A DNA stretch of 64,000 bases from a bacterium (GTDB lineage Bacteria; Patescibacteriota; Dojkabacteria; JAKAPS01; JAJZLI01). Every line of letters begins with the position of its first letter. The first letter of the stretch is position 1. The position numbers were made by a program, and so were the translations under genes. This document shows positions 36,185 to 45,590 of the stretch, piece by piece. The stretch lies in contig DAHXLB010000032.1 in the NCBI GenBank assembly GCA_027371855.1, positions 10,844 to 74,843 of the forward strand, written 5' to 3'. The notes beneath the pieces are model-generated. The model searched no databases. It was not told the origin of the DNA and saw nothing but the letters and a program-made list of their open reading frames with translations.

Positions 36185-37672
36185 ATGGCAAGTCTAGATT
36201 TAGAAGACCAGATAATAAGGAAAACTCTTGAGTTTTATAATCCTTGGTGGAAAAATAAAAACTCCTCACTAAATACTCCGCTGTTTAGAAGATTTGTATA
36301 TGACGATATATTTACAAGTGTTACCTCATTAAGGCAGATAGTATCAATCACCGGACCAAGAAGAGTAGGGAAAACTACGATTATAAAACAACTTGTTTCT
36401 GATCTTGTAATTATTGAAAATGTCTCACCTTTGAATATAGTTTATCTTTCAATGGATGATCCTTACATATTTTCAAAAAGAGGAGATCCCATATTTTTTG
36501 ATAAAATACTTTCAATTTATGAGAAATACTATCTTTTAAAAAAGATAACAGATGGGGCAACACAGATCTCTGATAAAGAAAAAGTTTATTTTTTAATAGA
36601 CGAAATTCATAAATTTGAGGACTGGGAACTTTTTTTAAAGAAGTATTATGATAACGGATCCAGATCCAATAGATATAATATAAAATTTATAATATCAGGA
36701 TCTGTTTCTTCTTCAATAGTATCAAAAAGTAAAGAATCTTTGGCTGGTAGAATAAAAAATTTTAAAATATACCCATTTTCTTTTTCTGAATTTGTATCAT
36801 TTAAAATATCTTTTGATGATACTCTAGATATTGAGGTTAAAGAACAAATTTCAAAAAACCTTGTTTTGATACAAAAGTTTGGAGAAACTTTATTTAACCT
36901 ACCATCATCTCAAATTTTAGATACATTTGAAAGAGTATCTCTGGCACTAGGCTTATTTTCCGATGAACTTTATATTCTATTTGAACAATATCTTATCATA
37001 GGAGGATTTATAGAAGGGTGGGAAATTGGTGATACTGCACTACAATATGAATATTTATATCAGACACAAATTGAAAAAGTATTGTTGGAGGATATCTACA
37101 TTCTAGAGGATATAAAAAATACATCATCTTTAGCAAATTTATTTTTTCTTTTTGCATCCATGCCTTCAGAAGAATACTCTCTAAACGAGCTTGTAAGAGA
37201 AACTGGTCTTCATAGAGAAACATTGGAAAGATATATATCTCTCCTTAGAGAATCTAACTTAATATTAACTCTTTCAAAATATGGTGCAAACATAAATAAG
37301 GTATCAAATATAAAAGTATTTTTAATTGATATGGGAATAAGGAATAGTATCTTAAAGATAAAACTTGAAGAAATACTATCAAATCCAGATCTTTTTGATA
37401 AATATCTTGAGAATATTGTTCTTCTTTCTATGTTGCAAAAATCTGATGCTGTGTCTATAGAATATTTTAGAGATAGAGAAAAGGAAGTAGACTTTATCCT
37501 TTCATATTCTGTGGATAAAATAGGTATTAATGTAAAATATAAAAGAGCTTTTTTAACTCTTTCAAAAAAATTTGGATTTTCTAAACAAATAATTCTTACA
37601 AAAGATTTTGAACCTACAATAAAAGATGGTGTTTTGTATTTACCATACATACTATTCATTCTTGCCTTATAA
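36185..37672 (+). CDS. AAA+ superfamily ATPase (COG1373/DUF4143-type)
   Basis: Walker A ITGPRRVGKTTIIKQL and Walker B FLIDEIHKF. The ~495-aa architecture is typical of stand-alone COG1373 ATPases. Confidence 0.65.
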   Translation: MASLDLEDQIIRKTLEFYNPWWKNKNSSLNTPLFRRFVYDDIFTSVTSLRQIVSITGPRRVGKTTIIKQLVSDLVIIENVSPLNIVYLSMDDPYIFSKRGDPIFFDKILSIYEKYYLLKKITDGATQISDKEKVYFLIDEIHKFEDWELFLKKYYDNGSRSNRYNIKFIISGSVSSSIVSKSKESLAGRIKNFKIYPFSFSEFVSFKISFDDTLDIEVKEQISKNLVLIQKFGETLFNLPSSQILDTFERVSLALGLFSDELYILFEQYLIIGGFIEGWEIGDTALQYEYLYQTQIEKVLLEDIYILEDIKNTSSLANLFFLFASMPSEEYSLNELVRETGLHRETLERYISLLRESNLILTLSKYGANINKVSNIKVFLIDMGIRNSILKIKLEEILSNPDLFDKYLENIVLLSMLQKSDAVSIEYFRDREKEVDFILSYSVDKIGINVKYKRAFLTLSKKFGFSKQIILTKDFEPTIKDGVLYLPYILFILAL

Positions 37673-37756
37673 AAAATAATTAATAAGACTGCTATTGTAT
37701 TTTTCTTATTCATCATGAATAATGGAGTTAGTCATTATTAGTGGTGGGGTTGTTCT

Positions 37757-40700
37757 ATGAATATAAAAAAATTTTTTTCATATATAAATATACAAAGTAC
37801 TCTAAAAAAAAGGGTTTCAATATCAAAATGGGAAATGAATTTTATTATATTGGTAGCTATTATATTAGGAATGGTTTTTGGAGTATATATAACTTTATCA
37901 GGTTTGCTACCAAAAGCTTTTGCTACATCTCAGGGGGCTGTAACATATAATACTTCAAGTCAATTCCAAACAGGGACTTTATCTCAAACACAGATTGTAG
38001 GATCTGGAACTCCTTCAAGTATTGAACTTGCTGGTGGAAGTGCAGGTCCAGATGGAACACAGTATTATATCCCAATAACAATAAACAATACTGGAAATTC
38101 GAATACACTTACCAACTATCAAGTACTAGTTACTGTTAACACGGCATCCCTTATAACAGCTGGAAAATTACAATCTGACTGTAGAGATCTCAGGTTCAGA
38201 GATTCCAATCAGACAACAAATCTTACTAATTATTGGATTGAGAATTGTAACAATACTGGAACAAAAATATGGGTACAAGTTCCTTCCATCCCGGCATCTT
38301 CTACAAAAACTATTTATATGTATTATGGGGGACCATCAACAGACGTAGCTCAATCTTCAATAACCAATACTTTTTTGGGTGAAATATCGGGATTAATAGG
38401 TGATTGGCCTATGAATGAATCTTCTGGGCAGATAATAAATGATTATTCTGGTAACTCAAATACAGGGACTGCGTATGGTACAACCGTAGTTACAGGTAAA
38501 TTTGGGAATGCGAGAAGCCTTAATGGTGGTAGTAGTGACTATATTGAAGCGCCTATAGGGACCTATTTTGGAGGGAATAATCCTCTTACTGCCAGTGCAT
38601 GGGTCGATGTTACTTCAACTACTAATGGCCCAATAGTTGGAATTACAGCTTCTGACCCTCCTGGTAATTGGAATATGCCATTTTTAAGCATTAATGGCAC
38701 TACAATCTATGGGTGGCTTTGGCAGGTTAACGGAAATATACCTTTGAGTTACACTACAACAACTGGTTGGCATTATTTAACTATTACATATACCCCAAGT
38801 GGCGGTGGAGAGGAAATTTTATATGTGGACGGAGTTGCTGTTGCCAGTGGAACAGGGCAATATTCGCCATCGGGTATCTATGATTATTGGTCAACATATA
38901 TTCCTGGGGCAAGGCCAAATGGGGTTAATGCATATTTAACTGGAATAATTGAAGATGTAAGTGTTTACTCACAAGTACTTTCTCAGACACAAATATCTAA
39001 TATTTATAACAATTATGGCTATGCCACTTTAAATTATCCGGGATATATACTTGTTCGTCAATACTCTTCTCCAGAACCTACGATAACCCTTGGAAGTGAG
39101 ACACCAACGCTAGCTTCCTCCGGATCATGGACTTCCCCTTTGGGGAGCAGTGTAATAAATACGATATGGAATGGGGGATGGGGAGATGGCTCTACTTCAA
39201 CTTCGACTGCATTTTCTGCTACAGTAGGATCTGTAGCAAGTGGTCAAACAATAACATTCCAGATAAGATCAGCTTCTACAGTATCTGCATTATCTTCAGC
39301 TTCATATTACACGCTTGGTACGGTATCTTCCGGAACCACGTTCTCAGCCACAATGTCACAATTAGATTCTTTAGGTGTACCTGCAGATCAGTATGTACAA
39401 GTTAATATAGAATTTTCTCAAAATACGGGAGTGACTCCAACGCTATCCAGCTTTACTGTCTATTATGCTCAAGATAATACTCCTCCTTCCCCGAATGCAT
39501 CGGCTATAGTTATGTCTACGTCTCCAAGCGGTGGATACAATATAGCATCTGGAGGTTGGGATAATTCTGCAGGACCATACTTTTCATGGACACCAGGAGC
39601 AGATTCTCAATCTGGGATGAAAGGATATTGTCTGTATCTTGGGACTGATCCTAGTGGGAATCCATCTATTACAGAGGGACTTTTAGGGACTTCTCCTTTA
39701 TCAACTACAGGCAATACTTGTCAATTCATAATATCTAGTTCATATATAGATCTCTCTTCGAGTGCATATCAAGGGTCTACCTGGTTAACATCATCTAACT
39801 CTCCATACTATTTTAGTATATCGGCAATAGATAACAACAATAATGTAGACACTACTCCAGTAACATTTAGTTTTTACTACGAGGGAACTCCTCCAGTAAA
39901 TGTTTCATATATTTCATGTGCAGGAGGAAATTTTTCTAATATTCAAAATATGACATTCTCTTGGCCTACGACCGGGTCTAATGCATCCTCAGATTCGTAC
40001 TCTGGAGTATTGGGGTGGCAGTATCAGATAAACTCATCTACGGGGGCTTGGGAGGGTACAACTACAGATAGTATAATAGGTGGTATTCCATATATACCTA
40101 CAAGTCAATCATCGATGAGCCTTCCAACTTCAGATAGTTCTAATATTGTTATTGGATCCAATGTCATATATTTTAGAACCGTGAGTATTGCTGGAGGTGT
40201 GTCAACACCATCTACGTATCGTACGTGTAGTATAAATTATGGGGGTGCTGCACCAACATTTACTACTAACATTGGTGTTACAATAAACCCTACAACTAGT
40301 ACAACAAACTACTTTTCTTTATCATGGTCAGGGGCTACTGCAGCAACGGGAAAGAGTGTTGCTGGTTACTACTATATGATAAATACTGTGCCTCCTCAGA
40401 CCTTAGCTACCATGCAGAGCAACCCTGGGGAGTATATAAATAACGGAAATAGCACCAATGTATCCTCTACATCTTTTGCAAATGTGAGAAGAGGAGTAAA
40501 TACAGTATATGTTGTGGCAATAGATAATTCTTCGCCACCCGACTATTCTCCTTCAAACTATATATCTGGTACTTTTACACTAAATTCAACTAATCCTGAT
40601 CCGGTTGGTAATCTAATAGCTACAGATTCATCAATTAAAGCTCAGCAAAAGTGGAATGTCACTCTTACTTGGATTGCTCCAGTGTATCAGGGAGCTGGTA

Positions 40701-42121
40701 ATCTACAATATCTAATTTACAGGTCTTCTAATAATGTGGATTTTACAGAAGTGGGATCGACCTTGGGTTTATCATATGTTGATAATACGCCTCAATCAGC
40801 GTTGTATTATTACTATGTGATTGCCGAGGATGGAGCGGGAGCATTCTCATCAGATTCTTACACAGTATCAATAACCCCAACAGGGAGATACACGACTCCT
40901 CCAATATTAGAAGCAGGACCAAATGTGTCAAATCTAACTGATCAATCTGCAACAATTTCTTGGTCTACCAATAGAGATGGTGATTCCAAGATACAATATG
41001 GCCTGTCTCCTACAAATTTTTATCAAACAGAACCTTCGGTTCCTACTCAAGTAACTTATCATAGTATAACCCTAACAAGTCTATCTCCCGGTACTACATA
41101 CTATTATAAAGCTTTATGGACAGATACTGATGGAAACACTGGTACTTCCTATGAATCTTCATTTACCACTAGTCCTCCGCCTCAGGTTAGTAATGTTCAT
41201 GTCACAAATGTATCTTTATATAGTGGGTATGTTACGTTCAGTATATCAAATGCCGTACAAGCAACTATTGAATACGGACCTACAACTTCATATGGAGGTA
41301 CTGTGAGTGTTGCAACATCTCCTACAACCAGTACATATTCTGTACCTATAACAAATTTATCATCCGGAACTTCATATAACTATAGAATAGTTATGCAGGA
41401 TTCAAGTGGAAATGTATTCTACAGTGATAATTATGCAGACTTAGTGACATTGCCGGCCCCAAAGATAACCAATGTTAGCTTGGCACAGGTTTCAGATACA
41501 GTGATTCCAACAGTAATGGTAACTTGGAATTCAAATACTCCAGTATCATCAATTATTACATATTGGCCATCAGGAAATACTTCTCAAACTCAAAATAAAA
41601 TTAATATTACATTGCAAAGTGGAGCTCATCAGATGTTTTTACAGGGCTTAAATTCAAAAACAACATACAATCTAATTGTCAAAGGTGTTGATAAGATGGG
41701 GAATCAAGCATCTTCATATACTCAAACATTTACCACAGCTACAAATACTATGCCGCCACTAATAACGGGTTTAAATGTTCAAGGAGAAGTTTCGCAGTCA
41801 TCATCATCCAATGACCAACTTGTTGTTTCGTGGACTACAGACACGCCATCGACATCTCAAGTAGAGTTTGGGGTTGGTGCTGGATCATCCTATTCTCAAA
41901 AGACTCAAGAATCTACTCGTTCAGTATTAAACCACTTAGTTGTAATATCAAATCTTATTCCTTCTCAGGTTTACCATCTAAAAGCTATATCTGTTGATCA
42001 ATCTGGTAATAGAGGATACTCTATAGATACTGTAACAATTACACCTAAGGCAGCTCAAAGTGCCTTGACACTTGTTGTATCAAATCTGGGTCAGGCCTTC
42101 GGATTTTTAGGAGGATTATAA
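37757..42121 (+). CDS. giant surface protein with N-terminal anchor, DUF2341-like domain, LamG-like jellyroll and multiple FN3-like beta-sandwich repeats
   Basis: 1454 aa with an N-terminal TM/signal. NYQVLVTVN...CRDLRFRDSNQT...YWIENCNNTGTKIWVQVPSIPASSTKTIYMYYGG matches the DUF2341 pattern. WPMNESSGQIINDYSGNSNTG...GKFGNARSLNGGS is LamG-like. The C-terminal two thirds consist of many ~90-aa S/T-rich repeats with the W...Y...Y signature of FN3 domains. Confidence 0.7.
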   Translation: MNIKKFFSYINIQSTLKKRVSISKWEMNFIILVAIILGMVFGVYITLSGLLPKAFATSQGAVTYNTSSQFQTGTLSQTQIVGSGTPSSIELAGGSAGPDGTQYYIPITINNTGNSNTLTNYQVLVTVNTASLITAGKLQSDCRDLRFRDSNQTTNLTNYWIENCNNTGTKIWVQVPSIPASSTKTIYMYYGGPSTDVAQSSITNTFLGEISGLIGDWPMNESSGQIINDYSGNSNTGTAYGTTVVTGKFGNARSLNGGSSDYIEAPIGTYFGGNNPLTASAWVDVTSTTNGPIVGITASDPPGNWNMPFLSINGTTIYGWLWQVNGNIPLSYTTTTGWHYLTITYTPSGGGEEILYVDGVAVASGTGQYSPSGIYDYWSTYIPGARPNGVNAYLTGIIEDVSVYSQVLSQTQISNIYNNYGYATLNYPGYILVRQYSSPEPTITLGSETPTLASSGSWTSPLGSSVINTIWNGGWGDGSTSTSTAFSATVGSVASGQTITFQIRSASTVSALSSASYYTLGTVSSGTTFSATMSQLDSLGVPADQYVQVNIEFSQNTGVTPTLSSFTVYYAQDNTPPSPNASAIVMSTSPSGGYNIASGGWDNSAGPYFSWTPGADSQSGMKGYCLYLGTDPSGNPSITEGLLGTSPLSTTGNTCQFIISSSYIDLSSSAYQGSTWLTSSNSPYYFSISAIDNNNNVDTTPVTFSFYYEGTPPVNVSYISCAGGNFSNIQNMTFSWPTTGSNASSDSYSGVLGWQYQINSSTGAWEGTTTDSIIGGIPYIPTSQSSMSLPTSDSSNIVIGSNVIYFRTVSIAGGVSTPSTYRTCSINYGGAAPTFTTNIGVTINPTTSTTNYFSLSWSGATAATGKSVAGYYYMINTVPPQTLATMQSNPGEYINNGNSTNVSSTSFANVRRGVNTVYVVAIDNSSPPDYSPSNYISGTFTLNSTNPDPVGNLIATDSSIKAQQKWNVTLTWIAPVYQGAGNLQYLIYRSSNNVDFTEVGSTLGLSYVDNTPQSALYYYYVIAEDGAGAFSSDSYTVSITPTGRYTTPPILEAGPNVSNLTDQSATISWSTNRDGDSKIQYGLSPTNFYQTEPSVPTQVTYHSITLTSLSPGTTYYYKALWTDTDGNTGTSYESSFTTSPPPQVSNVHVTNVSLYSGYVTFSISNAVQATIEYGPTTSYGGTVSVATSPTTSTYSVPITNLSSGTSYNYRIVMQDSSGNVFYSDNYADLVTLPAPKITNVSLAQVSDTVIPTVMVTWNSNTPVSSIITYWPSGNTSQTQNKINITLQSGAHQMFLQGLNSKTTYNLIVKGVDKMGNQASSYTQTFTTATNTMPPLITGLNVQGEVSQSSSSNDQLVVSWTTDTPSTSQVEFGVGAGSSYSQKTQESTRSVLNHLVVISNLIPSQVYHLKAISVDQSGNRGYSIDTVTITPKAAQSALTLVVSNLGQAFGFLGGL

Positions 42122-44689
42122 ATGCAAAACAAAGAGTATATTATACGTGTTAAAAATATATCTAAAAGTTTTAATGTTTTAGAACAGGAGGTTTTTGTTT
42201 TAAAGAATATAAATTTTGAACTTTTTAAAGGTGAATTTGCAGTTATATTTGGCCCATCCGGATGTGGAAAATCTACTTTACTACATACGGTATTAGGATT
42301 AGAGGCCCCTACTTTTGGAGAAATTATTTTCCTTGATCAAAATCTATATAGTTTTGATTCTGAAGATAAAATATCAGAATTTAGGAAAATGAATATAGGC
42401 GTGGTTTACCAACAAGCAAATTGGATACAGTCATTGACCGTATTAGACAATATTATATTCCCCCTCCTACTCCTTGGTATTGATAAGGAAGATGCTTTAA
42501 AAAGAGGGATGGAAATTCTAAAAGATGTCCATATGGAAGAGTGGGCAAATTATAAACCAACAGAATTGTCTTCTGGACAACAGCAAAAAATAGCCTTAGT
42601 TAGAGCAATAATTACAGACCCAGAGGTTATTATCGCAGATGAGCCAACTGGAAATCTTGACTTTAAGGCAGGAGAAGAACTAATGGAACTTATGGGACTT
42701 CTAAATAAAAAAGGTAAGACCATAATTATGGTTACTCACGATTTAGAGTATGCAAAGTATGCAGGAGTCTCGATACATATGTTTGATGGAAATATAATTG
42801 GAATGTCCAGAGGAAGGGATCAATCGGAGGTAACAAAGAGTGTTAAATCAAAGAAAGGTACCGTTGATATAGAGAGTGATAAAAATGATAAATCTTCAAA
42901 AACAGAGGAAATATTTAACTTTCAAGGTTTGGATAAATCATATAGTGTTCAAAAGGAGGAATATAACTCCGTCATACTTAAGCCTATTATGGGACTTCTT
43001 ACTATGCTACTAAAAATAATAGTTATTCCTCTAAATCTTATCATAGGATTTATAAACATCATATTGAAGATTAAAAAATCTAAAACCAGACTTAATCATA
43101 TACGGGTAGATATAAGGAAATTTATTTATATCAATACTCAAATGACGCTCTCTCTTTTACTACTTTTCTTTTATATTATTGGAATTGGTATTAAAAAAAT
43201 ACTATCATTGAAATTTTTCCCTAGGTTCATTTCTTCTCCAATATACAATGTACTATCAAATATTTATAAGAAAACTACAAATATTTTTGATAGAAATAAA
43301 AATGGGGAAATTAGTAAACTTTCTCTAATATCTCTGTCAATGAGCAATTTGAAAGCAAAGAAGACAAGAACTTATGTAACTATTGGGGGAATGGTAGTTG
43401 GTATTGGAGCCATAGTATTTCTTGTGTCTTTAGGGTATGGACTTCAGAGGCTTGTTATATCGAGGGTTGCTAAATTAAATCAATTAAAACAAGCAAATGT
43501 AACAACTCAGGTTGGAGGAAAAGAGCAGATCAATGATAAATCTATATATGATTTTAAAGCGATTCCTAATGTTACAGAAGTACTTCCTATAATATCTGTT
43601 GTTGGAGGAGTTAACTATAAAGGGTCAATTTCAAATATGGCAGTCTATGGAGTTACAAGTAATTATTTTAAAGCATCAAATATCCAACTTCTAGATGGTA
43701 AGTTTTTTTTGAGTACTCAGACAGTAAGAAATGTTAATCCTATTGTTATAACTACAAAACCAAGTACCCCTTTAGGAACTAATATACAGAATTCACCTAT
43801 AATTAACAATAAATCATCTCTACCTTTTGTTAATATCCCATCCCTTGCGGCGCCTATTCAAGGACAGGTAACCTCTAAAGTTATCATTCCTAAAAGTTTG
43901 CCTAAAGATATAGTAGTTAATCAGGCAATGCTTAGAGTGTTAGGGATCACAAATACTAAATCAGCTATAGGGGAAAAGATACAATCTTATTTTATTGCTA
44001 CCCCTAATCTTTTAACGAACTCTAATCAAAAATTAGAATCCACTCCAACTTTGTATACAATTGTTGGGGTAATCTCTGGGAATACCACTCCTCAGATTTA
44101 TGTACCTTTTATTAATCTTAGATCTATGGGCATAACTAATTATTCTGAAGCTATAGTAATAGTATCAAATACACAGGTTTTGGCTAAAGTTAGAAAACAG
44201 ATTGAATCTGCAGGTTTTACTACAAGTTCTGTGGCAGATACTGTATCTCAAATCAACGGTGTTTTTGGGACAGCACAGATTATTCTCGCATTATTTGGAT
44301 TTATTGCTCTTATGGTAGCAGCATTAGGAATGTTTAATACTTTGACAATATCACTTTTGGAGAGAACCAGAGAAGTGGGATTAATGAAGGCTATGGGAAT
44401 TCAATCTTCAGATATTAAGAATTTATTTCTTCTTGAATCAATGATTATTGCAGTATTTGGAGGAATATTAGGTCTTTTGGCAGGATTCCTTGCAGGAAAA
44501 CTCTTAGGACTTGTTCTTTCTATTATAGCTATCAATAAGGGACTAGGATATATAGATGTTTCATATATCCCTATTACCTTTATATTAGTTATTGTAATAA
44601 TATCTGTTATTATTGGTCTTATTACGGGTATTTATCCAGCTAGAAGAGCTACTAAAATATCTGCATTGAATGCGTTAAGATATGAGTAA
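42122..44689 (+). CDS. MacB-type ABC transporter, fused ATP-binding and FtsX-like permease
   Basis: Walker A GPSGCGKSTLLH, signature LSSGQQQKIALVRAI and Walker B IIADEPTGNLD. The C-terminal FtsX/MacB permease has four TM helices (GMFNTLTISLLERTREVGLMKAMG). The start codon directly abuts the stop of the giant surface protein gene. Confidence 0.85.
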   Translation: MQNKEYIIRVKNISKSFNVLEQEVFVLKNINFELFKGEFAVIFGPSGCGKSTLLHTVLGLEAPTFGEIIFLDQNLYSFDSEDKISEFRKMNIGVVYQQANWIQSLTVLDNIIFPLLLLGIDKEDALKRGMEILKDVHMEEWANYKPTELSSGQQQKIALVRAIITDPEVIIADEPTGNLDFKAGEELMELMGLLNKKGKTIIMVTHDLEYAKYAGVSIHMFDGNIIGMSRGRDQSEVTKSVKSKKGTVDIESDKNDKSSKTEEIFNFQGLDKSYSVQKEEYNSVILKPIMGLLTMLLKIIVIPLNLIIGFINIILKIKKSKTRLNHIRVDIRKFIYINTQMTLSLLLLFFYIIGIGIKKILSLKFFPRFISSPIYNVLSNIYKKTTNIFDRNKNGEISKLSLISLSMSNLKAKKTRTYVTIGGMVVGIGAIVFLVSLGYGLQRLVISRVAKLNQLKQANVTTQVGGKEQINDKSIYDFKAIPNVTEVLPIISVVGGVNYKGSISNMAVYGVTSNYFKASNIQLLDGKFFLSTQTVRNVNPIVITTKPSTPLGTNIQNSPIINNKSSLPFVNIPSLAAPIQGQVTSKVIIPKSLPKDIVVNQAMLRVLGITNTKSAIGEKIQSYFIATPNLLTNSNQKLESTPTLYTIVGVISGNTTPQIYVPFINLRSMGITNYSEAIVIVSNTQVLAKVRKQIESAGFTTSSVADTVSQINGVFGTAQIILALFGFIALMVAALGMFNTLTISLLERTREVGLMKAMGIQSSDIKNLFLLESMIIAVFGGILGLLAGFLAGKLLGLVLSIIAINKGLGYIDVSYIPITFILVIVIISVIIGLITGIYPARRATKISALNALRYE

Positions 44690-45550
44690 ATTATCTTTTT
44701 GTTCAAGTATAAAAATTTCATTTTTTTTTGTGAAAGCTAAAAAGAAAGGTTTTATAAGTTTTACTTGAGTTTTGTGTGAGAGTAGCGATTTTTTCTTTAT
44801 AATAATTTCTTCATCTTTAAGTTCAATATTTAGAAAATACCCTGTATCTTTAATTCTTCTTGGGATAGTGGCATATTTTTGATGGTTATTTAATCTGTAC
44901 TGTGGCCACCTCGGAAAATGTATAAGATAAGTTAGCTCTTTTACTTTGATACCCTCTTTTTCTATGGCTTTTTTTACAAACAAATAAGTATATGAATGGT
45001 CTTTATGGGTGTCTTTAAAGTTCGGATATATTATATATGTTGGGGTGTAAGACCTTATTATTTTGGACAAACTATTTAAAAGGTTTTCTCCGGTAAATTT
45101 ATCTTCATATTTATAGGAATTTCTATATGACACCTTATTTTCTTTTGTAGTTTTTGATGTAAAAGGGTTTTTGAAATTTGATCTATATAGGGATTCTAAT
45201 CCATCATCTGGAAATCCAAGAAATATAATATTATCCTTTTTAACTCCTAACTTAAGAAGTGCTATGGTACCCTCATTTTGTCTTAGCAAAGCAAAATTTT
45301 TATATGCATTTGGGGATAGTTTTCTTGTTAAATTACTTCTTTTTGCTGCTATTTTAAATCCATCACCATTGGTTATAAATACTACAATTACATTGCTGCC
45401 ATTTGATATTGCTCTTTGTATTATTCCTGCGGAAGAAAGACTTTCATCATCTGGATGAGGTGCTATTAAAAGAAGTGTATCTGTGCTTTTAAATATATTC
45501 TCTTCTTTTTTTATGATTATACAATAGTCACTATCAATATAATTTCTCAT
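44675..45550 (-). CDS. PIG-L/LmbE family N-acetylglucosaminyl deacetylase
   Basis: LLIAPHPDDESLSSAGII...VVFITNGDG matches the PIG-L zinc-binding motif. Confidence 0.75.
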   Translation of the reverse strand: MRNYIDSDYCIIIKKEENIFKSTDTLLLIAPHPDDESLSSAGIIQRAISNGSNVIVVFITNGDGFKIAAKRSNLTRKLSPNAYKNFALLRQNEGTIALLKLGVKKDNIIFLGFPDDGLESLYRSNFKNPFTSKTTKENKVSYRNSYKYEDKFTGENLLNSLSKIIRSYTPTYIIYPNFKDTHKDHSYTYLFVKKAIEKEGIKVKELTYLIHFPRWPQYRLNNHQKYATIPRRIKDTGYFLNIELKDEEIIIKKKSLLSHKTQVKLIKPFFLAFTKKNEIFILEQKDNLLIS

Positions 45551-45590
45551 AGTAATTAATATTTATGGTAGATCATTTATATTTCCGGGT

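Noticed and set aside
37210-37716. 168-aa minus-strand ORF overlapping the 3' end of the AAA ATPase gene
   Set aside because: Antisense to the Walker-motif-containing ORF 36185..37672. It has no motif and AT-rich codon composition.
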